A stretch of DNA of 64,000 nucleotides from Octopus vulgaris (GCA_951406725.2 OX597815.1:204538001-204602000); one strand, 5' to 3'; counted from the first letter of the stretch, positions 13,863 to 31,049 are shown. Program-made: numbers and translations. Notes: generated by a model from the letters alone, not told the origin.

Positions 13863-14708
13863 ATATGTATGTGTGAGTCTGTGAATGCACGTCTAACTTG
13901 GAAGAGAAGTATATAGCAAAGTAGTCTTAGCTACAAAATGAACGTCATATCAGCATGCCATATTTGGTGCGTATGATATATTTGTTTATGCCAGGAAGAA
14001 TCGGCGTTGGACTTCTTTTACACTTCTTCGAAAAAATCATGGCATCTGCGTGTTTCTGCGTTTTCTTCCTTGTACTACACCGGCGTGCTCATCACGTGAT
14101 CTTGCCAAGAGTAAGGGCCGCGTTAAGGAGCCGCCGAGAATGTGTTGAGATTGGGAAGTCAAACTGACATGCTGATAAAACAGAAGGATAGACAGACGGA
14201 TGGAAGGTGTTTAATGGAGGTATGTAGAGAGATGTTCACACACACACACATGTATGTATGCATGTTTGCTTGTGTATATGCGTGAGAGAGATAGACAGAG
14301 ACAGAGACAGAGAGAGAGAGAGAGTGAGAATATTCTACACCGAGTGCTCAATGAAAACAACTGAAAATCTATTAATAAACAATGTCTATGGCAATAAAAA
14401 AAACAGAACAAAATGGAAGAATCTGGATTTTAGCAACAATGTTAATATTGCGTTTATCCGGCCTTTGGCATAATATTATATTTCCATGGGTTGGGTGGAA
14501 AGGCACATCGCTTCAGCCGTATCTTCCCTTCTTCCCTCCCTCTATCCATCCTTCCATCCATCCACCTTTCTTACACACACACACACGGGTACACACACGC
14601 ATGGGTACACACACGCATGCACGCACACTCGCATATAGACATATTTGCACACATATACGCATCTCTAAGCATATGCGTATAAATATACATGTATAAATAT
14701 ATACATAC

Positions 14709-14739
<31 letters not shown>

Positions 14740-14812
14740 CATATGTATGTATACATATATATATATGTACATATGTATATATATATAATATAGGTATATG
14801 TGTGTGCGTGTG

Positions 14813-14879
<67 letters not shown>

Positions 14880-15204
14880 GCCAGGTAGTATTTGGGATTT
14901 GTTGCACTTGGACCGGAATTTCCTTGGATCTCAAAAAATGTCTATATAAATTGCAGATTGAAAGGGTAGCATCCACAGAATGAAACATAACGAAAAGGGG
15001 CTTTTGTAACCTCTCCACCACCGATAAAACCCCACTTAGATTTGTGTTGTTTTTTTTTTGTTTTTTTTTTGCGTGAGAGAGAGAGAAAGAGAGAGACAGA
15101 CAGATACCGACAGACAGATAGACAGATAGATAGACAGACAGTCAAAAACAACGTGTGTCTGTATTTGACAGTTCGGAGTAACTGGGTATGTGTACCGATA
15201 GACA

Positions 15205-16145
<941 letters not shown>

Positions 16146-16539
16146 TATGTAGGTGTGTGTGTGTATGCGTAAGGAGGGAGGGTAAATGTAGAAACCAAAA
16201 TAATAACCAATGTTACGAACAAGAATAGTAAAGATGTTAGCTACATCAACAAGCTGTAGGGAAAGAAACAATAAAATTGAATAACATATGAAACAGGCAT
16301 AAGAAAAAAAATTGAGAGAGAACAGAAGATACAACAATAAAATAGATTAAAATGAAGAGTTTGCAGAAGACGTGATATAAAAGATGAGAGTCGAGAAAAT
16401 ACGAGATGAAATATTCAAAAAGAAAAAAGGTGAGAGAGAAAGTTATGAATTATAAGCAGGAGATGGAGAGAAAAAAATAGAATAGAAAAGAGGAAGAGAA
16501 GAGTAGAAGGGAGGAAAGTGAAATGAATACGAAAACACA

Positions 16540-19779
<3,240 letters not shown>

Positions 19780-20963
19780 TTCACCTCTGCGTTTAGCAGG
19801 GTGATGGGCCTGAAATTATCTATCCTATCCCCCTTGCCCGGGTCCTTCCTGATTAGCCTCACCACTCCCCGGCGTACAGATCTGGGAATCCTCCCATTCT
19901 GATTCCAGTTCGCGAAGACGCTGGCCAGTATTGGCCCGAACAAGTCTGGCATACTTCTATATAGTTCGCAGGGCAAACCATCGAGTCCCGGCGCCTTACC
20001 CTTGCCACAGTCGGCTATGGCCTCAGTCACCTCCTCAGGCGTGATTGACCCTTCACAGCTCTCCGCATCCCGTCCCGAGAGGTGCGGCAGCCCGGCGAGG
20101 AAGCCCGTAAGGTCCACCCTCTCATCCGGTCCACCTTCACCCCCGAAAAGCTGGGCGAAGTGCTCTTGAAAAGTCCGACACATCTCCTCGGGTTCGTTTA
20201 CCACATCGCCCTTCTTGTTCGTCACAGACTTAACTGTGGAATCGTTTCCGCGTTGAGCCTCCACAACTCGTGCCCATCCAGCGGCCTTAATTCCTTTGCA
20301 CCCCATTGCGCGAATTCTAGCTCTGACGATACAACCCATATGCTTGGTTTCGAGGTGCTGGTTTAATTCCAGTCTCTTCGCCTTCACCTGGGTCCCGTCG
20401 CCAGATCTTATGGCTTCCTCTAGAGCCTTAACTAGCCCCTCTTCTTTCTTACGCCTTTTCTTTGCTAGTCCTATACTATATCTAATGGACTCGTATTTTA
20501 TGGCTCTCTTGAGCGCTAACCACCATTTGTTGTTAAGAATGGAACCGGTTAACGCCCTCTGAATTAGTAACCTAATCCGGCTTCTGTACTCCTCAATCGC
20601 CAAGAGGGACTTATACACACACACACACACACACACACGCATAGACATTCACACATACACAAGCGCAGATACATGATAGACACTTTTGTCAGGAACGATT
20701 CATAAACGCTCAGTTCTTTGACAAACTGAACGACGTCGTGGAAGACAATGGAAGGAAATAATGTGCGAAATGGTTGTAAATTCCACAGACAGGTGTGTTG
20801 CATACTGTAATGATCAGGTAGAAACAGCATGGCAAAGTGTAGCAAGGGTATGACATTTGAAGTACGGATAGAATCCATTCGATGGGTATCTTTAAAGATT
20901 TCCGTCTATTTTGTTTGTTTCCTTCTTGTTTGAGTGACTCAAGTGAAAAAAGAAATAGAAAAT

Positions 20964-21395
20964 TCATCATCATCATTGTTCGACCGTGGTCGAGACAATG
21001 GAATTTACCATGCTATGCCAGACTTCACGGTCCATCATGGCATTACGGAGGTCCTGTTGCTGGATGCCTGTTTCCCTGGAGATTACATCAGGGTAGGAGA
21101 GTGTGCGCCCTCTGGTGTTGCGTGTAGATGGCTTCCAGAGGAGGAGAGTAGAAATTACCTCTTTTTCAGCTCTACAACAATGTCCAGCAAACTGGACTCT
21201 CTTACCTTTCACAAGAGATGACACAGGTGGTAGTTTCCCATATATTTGCATTTTGGTTGGATGGCGCCTCCACGAGAGATTTTGAGCTATCATAAGGAGG
21301 CGAGTGTAGGTTCCACCCAACCGCCTCTCAAGCTTCTTTGATAACGTCCAGGTTTCTGAGCCATATAGTAGAATTGGTTCGACTGTGGCTTTGAA
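20964..21395 (-). mobile_element. RTE-clade LINE 3' fragment (left copy)
   Basis: FKATVEPILLYGSETW...FAGHCCR...AMMDREVW then (TGA)n tail; possible TSD AGAAAA. Confidence 0.85.
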
Positions 21396-21597
21396 AAGAA
21401 AAGTGCAAAGGACGCCACGTTGTCTTGTAGTAAAGAGAACCTCTTTGCCATTAGGTCATATCCGGACTCCACCCTTTCCAAAGAGACGCATACACACAAA
21501 CACGTGTGTGAGTGTGTGCATGTGCAGGGTGACACATAAATACGCATAACCACTCATAAACACACTTGTACACGGACATAAAGCATGTACAAATAAA

Positions 21598-22035
21598 TCT
21601 TCAAAGCCACAGTCGAACCAATTCTACTATATGGCTCAGAAACCTGGACGTTATCAAAGAAGCTTGAGAGGCGGTTGGGTGGAACCTACACTCGCCTCCT
21701 TATGAGAGCTCAAAATCTCTCGTGGAGGCGCCATCCAACCAAAATGCAAATATATGGGAAACTACCACCTGTGTCATCTCTTGTGAAAGGTAGGAGAATC
21801 CACTTTGCTGGACATTGTTGTAGAGCTGAAAAAGAGATAATTTCTACTCTTCTCCTCTGGAAGCCATCTACTCGCAACACCAGAGGGCGCACACTCTCCT
21901 ACCCTGATGTAATCTCCAGGGATACAGGCATCCAGCAACAGGACCTCCGTAATGCCATGATGGACCGTGAAGTCTGGCGTAGCATGGTAAATTCCATTGT
22001 CTCGACCACCGTCGAACAATGATGAATGATGATGA
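21598..22035 (+). mobile_element. RTE-clade LINE 3' fragment (right copy)
   Basis: Same peptide and tail as the left copy; flanked by direct repeat ACAAATAA. Confidence 0.85.
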
Positions 22036-22287
22036 CAAATAAGCGAAGAAGCACGCACAGACTTATTATCAGCAGAGGCACTATAGTAACTCAACGGCCA
22101 AGCGTTTCGTGTTAGCGCACTTATCAGTTTGACGAGAGCATTTGCATGGAACTCCTGGGCTTTGAGCTCTTGTGGTCCCTTCACTAATAAAAATACAAAT
22201 ACTCTTATTATATGCATTGAATTCAATTTTTGCCTATGTCGAAACAAGTAGGCACCCACTTATAGACGCAGGCATACATAGACACAC

Positions 22288-22393
22288 TCCTGAATGACAT
22301 CAGGTCACACGATTTAGATGTTGTTGTAGCTACTCAACCGAGTCTCAGTAGCTACAACAACATCTAAATCGTGTGACCTGATGTCATTCAGGA
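22288..22393. repeat. perfect 47-bp stem, 12-nt loop hairpin
   Basis: 22288-22334 is the exact reverse complement of 22347-22393; loop CAACCGAGTCTC. Confidence 0.97.
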
Positions 22394-24586
22394 AACGCCC
22401 CTGTTTCCAGTTCGACATCAGGCCACGTACATTTAAACATCCTACATGCACAGCCCAGAAGAAACAATGTAAGTGATTTTGGCCAAAGTGTTAGCGAAAA
22501 GGTTGACGCGTGTCGCGAATGGTCTGATCGGGTAGGCACAAACTTGTGCAGTCCCCAAAAGAACTAATCAGGACAATCTTCATCTTATACGTTACACCGT
22601 AGAAGGGTTTGGGAATAACTCTGGCAAGGGTGGGGCACTGGTCCATTTAGACCAGAGTAAAGCCTTCGATAGGGTGAACCATCGTTACCTGGTGTCTGTG
22701 CTCGCACAGTTCGGGCTGGGTACTGGTTTCCTCAGGTGGATTATACAGTTGTACGACAACATCGACTTGATCGTTCGGGTGAACGGTCTACTTTCCAGGC
22801 CGTTCTGCATCAAACGGTCAGTTCGTCAAGGGTGCCCGCTCTCCCCGCTTCTATATGTAATGGCTCTCTAGCCATTACTGCGAAAGCTGAGCGTCATCCC
22901 GACGAATCCAGGAGGAGGAGGAGATTCTGTTGCAGCGTATGCGGACGACATCACCATCATCGTGACCAAGGTGGAACTCCTACAGAATGTAGGAAACACC
23001 ATCAAGGAGTACGAGACGGTGACAGGAGCAAAAGTCAACCGGGAAAAGTCAGTCGGCTTGCAACTCGGCACCTGGATTGGCAAGCCGATACCTTCGAACT
23101 GCATCGTGAGATGCTGGACGGAGGGCCCGGTTAATTTGCTAGGGGTCTGGTTAGGTCCAGGTCTCCAGATAGAAAAGAACTGGTCTGAGGTCGCGAGCAA
23201 GGTGGCTCACGTGGTCAAGACTTGGTCTTGGCGGTGGCTATCCTTGAAAGGAAGGGCGGAGGTGGCCAATGTGTTCATGGCATCGGTCATCATATACCGC
23301 CTAACCGTCGTCCCCTGTCCGGATTCGTGGTTGAACAAGTTGGAGAGGCAAATCTTTCGCTTTTTGTGGAAGGGTTCCACTCCTCTTGTGAGACGTTCTA
23401 TCTTTTGTCAAAAGCCGTTAAAGGGTGGGTTAGGGATGCCTTGGCTGTTGATGCGCAGACATGCGCTGAGGTTGAGGCATCTTTGGCTCTACCTGGAAGG
23501 TGAACGGGTGTGGTCCCCACTCGCACAACAGATGTTCCCCAACTTTGCCAGCTTTGGTGGCAGAGAAACCTGGTTTCGTCGCAGTATTCGGAGTGCCGGA
23601 AGGCTCTCTTACGCTTCCGCAGCTCGGGCAATGCCGGTGGCTTTGGTACCACCGCAGCGTTCTATAGCAGGTTGGTAGAGGCCGGAAATGACGATACCCT
23701 GGGAAGGACCCTAGGTCTCGATGGTAATCAGTTAGACAGCCTGTTCCAAAGGACATTCGGACCAGGGACACTGGATAACTTTCAGAAGTCCTTGGCCTGG
23801 CAGTGTTACAGAGGAGCCTTACCCGTTCGAGATAAACTCACAAGGCATGGTCACAGTGGACCTTCGGCCTGTCCAAGATGCGGACAGGATGTGGAAACAG
23901 TCCTGCACGCCATTGTTCAGTGTCCGGAAATTTCGGAAGTGTGGGTTTATGCCGAACACCTGTTGTCGGACGGAGGAAGAGTACAGCTGTCGTCTGAGTC
24001 AATCTTAAAAATTGACCCACCTGGTTTCATGACGAACGAAGGTAAGCTTTGCTTTCTCGTGATAGTATCAGTTGCGAAAGAGGTTATATGGAAGACCAGT
24101 GTGAAAGGTATAATGTCAGACACCGTGATCTCTGGCACCGCCCTAACGAACTTTTTCAGATTCCATCTGAAAAGGAAGGTGGGGCTAGAGAAAAGGTGTC
24201 TGTCAGAGTCTGTATTCAAAAAAAGATGGATGCGTGTTGCACGGATGCTAGGTGTGAAAGGCCTTGCATGAACATACCATGATCACCTACCAAAAGGCTT
24301 CAGTTAAAATAACAGGGGTCGTGGGGTCGGCAATCCTGTTCTTTTGACTTCATATGTCCCTTTTTTGTTTACTCTTTACTCTTTTACTTGTTTCAGTCAT
24401 TTGACTGCGGCCATGCTGGAGCACCGCCTTTAGTCGAGAAACTCGACCCCGGGTGTTCTAGCATAAGCCCAGTACTTATTCTATCGGTCTCTTTTGCTGA
24501 ACCGCTAAGTGACGGGGACATAAACACACCAGCATCGGTTGTTAAGCAATGCTAGGGGCACAAACACAGACACACAAACATACACG

Positions 24587-24626
<40 letters not shown>

Positions 24627-24930
24627 CATATATACGACGGGCTTCTTTCAGTTTCCGTCTACCAAATCCACTCACAAGGCTTTGGTCGACCAGAGGCTAT
24701 AGTGGAAGACACTTCCCCAAGGTGCCACGCTGTAGGACTGAACCCGGAACCATGTGGTTGGGAAGCAAGCTACTTACCACACAGCCACTCCTGCGCCTGT
24801 TTGTTTGTTCTTGTTCATTTTCATTTTCATTGTAAATAATCCATTCGATTTCACTGTAAATAGTTCCATTTGACTCCAAATCATTGTATTGTCCCCATCT
24901 ATGTAAATCCTTATGGATAATAAAGAAATA
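22290..24930 (+). mobile_element. Tx1/L1-clade LINE insertion with inverted 5' end and 16-bp TSD
   Basis: TSD ATACATAGACACACTC at 22274-22289 and 24931-24946; 22335-22452 on minus strand encodes APE N-terminus VHVGCLNVRGL...VVATETRL; sense RT from 22475; 19-bp deletion near 23584; ends GGATAATAAAGAAATA. Confidence 0.88.
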
Positions 24931-25171
24931 ATACATAGACACACTCAAATTGAGAGCGAGAGAGAGAGAGAGAGAGAAAGAGAGATGAAGAAAGAAAGTA
25001 AGAGAGAGAAAGAGAGAGAGGGGGGCAGGTTTCTCGTTGGATTACAACTTTTTCTTTCGTTCCTTCAGCTGAAAATTACACTTTCTAACTTCCACATGTT
25101 GATATTCGGTTATCCTTCCTCGTCCTTTCCACTCTTTCTTCCATCTCTCTATCTATCTATCTATCTGTCTG

Positions 25172-25254
<83 letters not shown>

Positions 25255-25479
25255 ATCTATCTCTTACTCTTTACTCTTTTACTCTTTTACTTGTTTCAGT
25301 CATTTGACTGCGGCCATGCTGGAGCACCGCCTTTAGTCGAGCAAATCGACCCCGGGACTTATTCTTTGTAAGCCCAGTACTTATTATATCGGTCTCTTTT
25401 GCCGAACCGCTAAGTTACGGGGACGTAAACACACCAGCATCGGTTGTCAAGCAATGCTAGGGGGACAAACACAGACACA

Positions 25480-25529
<50 letters not shown>

Positions 25530-25697
25530 CATATATACGACGGGCTTCTTTCAGTTTCCGTCTACCAAATCCACTCACAAGGCTTTGGTCGGCCTGGGGC
25601 TATAGCAGAAGACACTTGCCCAAGATGCCACGCAGTGGGACTGAACCCGGAAAAATGTGGTTCGTAAGCAAGCTACTTACCACACAGCCACTCCTGC
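22475..25697 (+). repeat. right arm of ~3.2-kb inverted duplication
   Basis: Mirror of 16540-19779; contains family A SINEs at 24370-24797 and 25265-25700 (minus strand). Confidence 0.95.
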
Positions 25698-25789
25698 GCC
25701 TATATACATATATGGATTAAGTTCCAGACCGAAGTGTGAACTGGGTTGATCCACCAGCATCCAATGTTTGAAATCAGTAAAGCACACAC

Positions 25790-25826
25790 ATATGTATGTA
25801 TGTATGTTGGTATGTATGTATGTATG

Positions 25827-25860
<34 letters not shown>

Positions 25861-26338
25861 TGTATGTATGTATGTATGTATGTATGTGTGTATGTACGTA
25901 TATATGTATGTACGTATGTATGTGTGCATGTTTGTATGTATGTATGTATGTATGTATGTATGTATGTATGTATGTGTGTATGTATGTATATATGTATGTA
26001 CGTATGTATGTGTGAATGTTTGTATGTATGTATGTACGTATATACGTGTGTGTATGTATGTATGTGTATGTATGTGTGTGTGTATGTATATATGTATGTA
26101 TGTGTGTATGTGTGTATGTGTGTATGTATGTATGTACGTGTGTATGTATATATGTGTGTGTTTGTATGTATGTGTGTGTATGTGTGTATGTATGTATGCA
26201 TGCATGCATGTATGTGTATGTATGCACGTCTGTATATATGTGTGTGTATGTATGTATGTATGTATGTATGTTTGTATGTATGTATGTATGTATGTATGTA
26301 TTTATGTATGTATGTGTGTTGTGTGTGTGTGTGTGTAT
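25790..26338. repeat. (TATG)n compound microsatellite
   Basis: Directly visible; complementary in type to the (TACA)n block at 15575-16145. Confidence 0.95.
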
Positions 26339-26749
26339 GATTGTGATAACATAAACAATTTTAAAAATATGGCGGTGTGCATAGCACAGCTCATAAGCTG
26401 AAACTGGAAAAATCAAAATCAATCAAATCAATTCTTCCAAAATTTCGGCCCAGGACCTGCCAGTTTCAAGGGTGGGAGAGAGAAAGTGCATTGCATTGAA
26501 CCTCAGTACTTTACTGATAACTTATTTTATCGACCTCGAAAAAGGCTGAAAGATAACATCGACCGCGACAGGATTTGAACTCGGAACCTCTAAAAAAAGA
26601 CTGGCCAAAATAACGCTAAGCGTCTTATCCGGAGTGTTAACGACCCCAGCCAGCTCACCCACCTTATGGATAAATAAGTGGTGGCGATGGTGGGGGGAGG
26701 GGAAGAAAGAGGGAACGTTTGTGAATGAGAAACAAGGGGGGAGGGGGAT

Positions 26750-26753
26750 GAGT

Positions 26754-26785
<32 letters not shown>

Positions 26786-26927
26786 TGATGTGAGTTGAGA
26801 GGAAGGAAAGGGAGCTAGTGAGAGCTAGTGTGACAGAGAGGGAGAGAGAGAGAGAGAGTTTTCTTCGAAGTGGTATGTGTGATGCCAAGCGATGCTGACA
26901 AGCGAAAAAATTTCATTTCTATCCACT
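26750..26927 (+). promoter_or_regulatory. candidate promoter/5' UTR of the ENT gene (GA-repeat rich)
   Basis: (GA)n tracts immediately upstream of the candidate first coding exon; no transcript evidence. Confidence 0.3.
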
Positions 26928-26984
26928 ATGTTAAACGAGAGAACAGCAACCTATTGCGATGCCCCTGTACAACAACATCAGCAG
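26928..26984 (+). CDS. SLC29A1-like: candidate first coding exon of ENT (MLNERTATYCDAPVQQHQQ)
   Basis: ATG at 26928, 19 open codons, donor CAG|GTAGGA in phase 0 matching the phase-0 exon at 41121; no homology support. Confidence 0.45.
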
Positions 26985-27599
26985 GTAGGAAAGACTAAAA
27001 TAGTTTATCTATTTATCTATTTATTTATTTAGCCGGTCTAAGTCTATTTACTTATTTATTTACTTATTTATACTTCGTATTTACTTATTTATCTATTTGT
27101 TTGTTTGTTTGTCTCTCTTTTATTCAACGTCAAGAAACCCAAAAAATTATTTATGCTTGTTTATTTTTTGCTTTCCGCTTTTCATTCTTTTATCCATCCA
27201 TTTATTTATTTAATTATTTGAATGTGTCACTAACTAAAAACATCGTTAAACATTACACTTAGCAGGAAAAAAATTTCTTTCGAAGTATTTATTTGCTTCT
27301 CTGGCTTGTTTTCCTGTTCTATTTTCGTCGCAAGTCACCCACAAACAAACCACAAATAAATAAACAAACGTGAAAAGCAAAAGCGAAAAAAAAAAAAACT
27401 AGACTTTCTAACGAATGAGAGAAACCAACAAATTTAATTGAAATATTCGGTTTATATACTTGTCAGGCGGCTGCGCACTGTTCTTATTTTTAGAAAAGAT
27501 ACGGACCAAAGTTATCGGAACACGTCTTGTTTATTTGCTCGCATTTCTGTCTGCCTGCATTCGTGCATGCATAAAACCATTTATATAGACAGGCATATA

Positions 27600-27603
27600 T
27601 GTA

Positions 27604-27647
<44 letters not shown>

Positions 27648-27661
27648 GTGTGTGTGTGTGT

Positions 27662-27693
<32 letters not shown>

Positions 27694-27792
27694 CAACGTT
27701 TGTATTAGTGTATATATATATACACATACATACATATATACATACGTACGTACATGTATATATATATACTTATATATCTGTATATATATATA

Positions 27793-27838
<46 letters not shown>

Positions 27839-27878
27839 TACAGATACAGGCACACAGATGTATGCATGTATATATATA

Positions 27879-27916
<38 letters not shown>

Positions 27917-27943
27917 TACAGATACAGGCACACAGATGTATGC

Positions 27944-28016
<73 letters not shown>

Positions 28017-28262
28017 GGTATGTAGAAAAATACAACATGGACAAGAACGTATAACTCTTAGAAGACGACACAATAAACACGGACAGGACATTCGAAACCC
28101 TCAGTCTTCAGTCAAGAACCGGATCATCGTAGTAATTTCGGCTGATTAATCTTGAGATTACTAGATCACGGCCATATATATATATATATATACAGATACA
28201 GATACAGGCAGACAGATGTATGCATGTATATATATATTCATATATATATATATATGTGTGCA

Positions 28263-28332
<70 letters not shown>

Positions 28333-28392
28333 TATAGATACAGGCACACATGTACAGATATAGACATACGTGTGTGTGTGTGTGTGTGTGTG
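27600..28392. repeat. compound (TA)n/(TG)n array with repeated TACAGATACAGATACAGGCACACAGATG unit
   Basis: Unit seen at ~27832, 27911, 28191 and a variant at 28327. Confidence 0.9.
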
Positions 28393-28770
28393 TATTTGCA
28401 TATATACACACATACAAAACACACACAAGCATGCATCTTGCCGAGGGATTAAGAAATCCTGTTGTGTGCGATCTGGCAATTTCTTTTAGGATATAAACCC
28501 CACGAGACGAGACAAAAATCACTTAGAACTGGGTAGGCGAAAACTGTACGGAAACCCGATGCATCTACTGCATGTTGATTCAGAGGTTAAAGTACACGTG
28601 CGAATATGTGTCATACTCAATCGCATAAACGTTGGCTTGACGTTTATCGAACAGCTGTTCACTGTTGATCGAACAGTTGTTCACCTTCGAAAGTGATGGA
28701 GGACCTTTCATTATATGCATAATTATATATATTTAGAGAAAGGGGCAAAGGGATTACTCCACTAATCCTA

Positions 28771-28812
<42 letters not shown>

Positions 28813-29129
28813 CTTCTGCTACTCTTGTTTCGTTCAATTTTTCGCTTCGAAATTTCTATATTTTTAAATTCTTGGTTTTGTTTTATGTCGATCACAATTT
28901 TTTTACTTTTTGTTTTTCTATCCTTTCAGTCTTTCTCTCCCTCCTTCCCTCCCCCTCTCTCTCTCTCTCTCTTGCTCTTGCTCTCTCTCCCTTTCCCCCT
29001 CTATCTCCCTCTCTCTTTCTCACTCATTTTTTAAAATCTTAATAAACTTCCTCTTGTTTTTCCATTCATTCATTCTTCCTTTCCTGTTCGCTTCTCTTTC
29101 TCCTCTTTCTATATTTTTCCTTTCCCTTT

Positions 29130-29161
<32 letters not shown>

Positions 29162-29843
29162 ATTCTTTCCCATCTCTCCTCTCTCTCTCTCTTTCTTTCT
29201 CGTTCTCTCCTTTTCCCGTCTCCCCCTTCACACTGGGTTTTTTTTTTAATTTACTTCTCTCTTTATAAGTTGCCATGTCATTATACACGTCACGTCGAAA
29301 TGAAACGACCACCGACTCTTTCTTGGTCACTATATGTTTAAACATAGCAGGCAACTCTCCACCAAACCACACATTCCTGTCTAAAGAAAACAAGCAAACA
29401 ACACTTTATATAACATAGTCCAAGATACGATGGCTCTCAAATTACAGGGAAGAATGCTCACAGATGGAAGCACTAGCCTTTTCAATCAGTTCTAGAACTA
29501 AATGGCAAGGACGATAAAACCTGTTGGTTTTAACTGAAGAAACTAACAAATGACGAAAATGTATAATAATTATTCCCTCTGTAATAATGTGTTCAAGTGA
29601 TACACTTTCACAAAAAAAAAACAAGAGAGGAACTTTCACTTTTACGAAGCATAATCGAAATATTTAAGATAATGAAACTGTGATAAACATCAATAAAGAG
29701 GCAGAGGTGCAGATGTGTGGTAAGAAGCTTACCTCCCAACAACATGGTTTTGAGTTCAGTCCCATTGCTTCGTGGCACTCGTCGGGCTGAACAAAGCCCT
29801 GTGAGTGGATTTGGTTGACGGCAACTGAAAGAAGCCCGTCGTG

Positions 29844-29958
<115 letters not shown>

Positions 29959-30016
29959 ATAAGCAATAATAAATCTCTAAACGAGATGTAAACAGTAACT
30001 AGCTCGACAACGTAAA

Positions 30017-30388
<372 letters not shown>

Positions 30389-30488
30389 ATAGAAATAGTA
30401 AGACAACAAAAGAATAAAAGAGACCTCGATATTATGTAAATAAAGGAATTTATCTCTAAATATAATATGACAATTATTCGGTAGCCTT

Positions 30489-30549
30489 GATAAAACTCTG
30501 AGTTTCGGATGTCGGGGCGGAAACCCACGCCGGCATCTCTTCAGTTATC
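30489..30549 (-). ncRNA. minimal type I hammerhead ribozyme, Penelope-type (minus-strand copy)
   Basis: GAUAA-CUGAAGA-GAUG...CAUC-C-GAAACUCAGAGUU-UUAUC; perfect 5-bp stem I. Confidence 0.7.
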
Positions 30550-30555
30550 CGGCCC

Positions 30556-30616
30556 GATGACTGAAGAGATAGCGGCGTGGGTTTCCGCTCCGACATCCGA
30601 AACTCGGAGTTTTATC
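30556..30616 (+). ncRNA. minimal type I hammerhead ribozyme, Penelope-type (plus-strand copy)
   Basis: GAUGA-CUGAAGA-stem II-GAAA-CUC-G-GAG-UU-UUAUC; stem I GAUGA/UUAUC, near-palindromic stem III, GUU cleavage triplet. Confidence 0.7.
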
Positions 30617-30682
30617 AAGGCTACCGAATAATTGTCACATATTCTATTTACAGATATATATATATACATGTGTGTGTGTGAA

Positions 30683-30733
<51 letters not shown>

Positions 30734-31049
30734 ATTAGTCGCGAAAGCAAAAGTATCACCCACAACCCTTTTCAAGGCCTCCGAGATTGGTGACAGTGCG
30801 TGAGGGAGTTGTAGGAAGGCGAGAAACTCGGCTCGAATGCTTGCAACAGAATGACACCCAAATGGCAGGTAGTAGTGTTAAACCGTGTGACGAGTGGGAC
30901 CTACCTATTCTACGACAGCTTAGTCGTAATTTTCTGTTATAATCTCATTCGTAGCTAAGAGACTTTGGGGAAATATTGGGGAAACAATGCAGTGAAAACT
31001 AAACTGGTGCTTTATTGTATAAGTAGGATTTGAACTCGTAACTAAATGA

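Noticed and set aside
28078-28170. Minus-strand CUGAAGA...GAAU hammerhead-like text; similar traces at 38140-38215 and 9880-9915
   Set aside because: Core or stems incomplete; probably decayed Penelope-type remnants, not supportable as ribozymes
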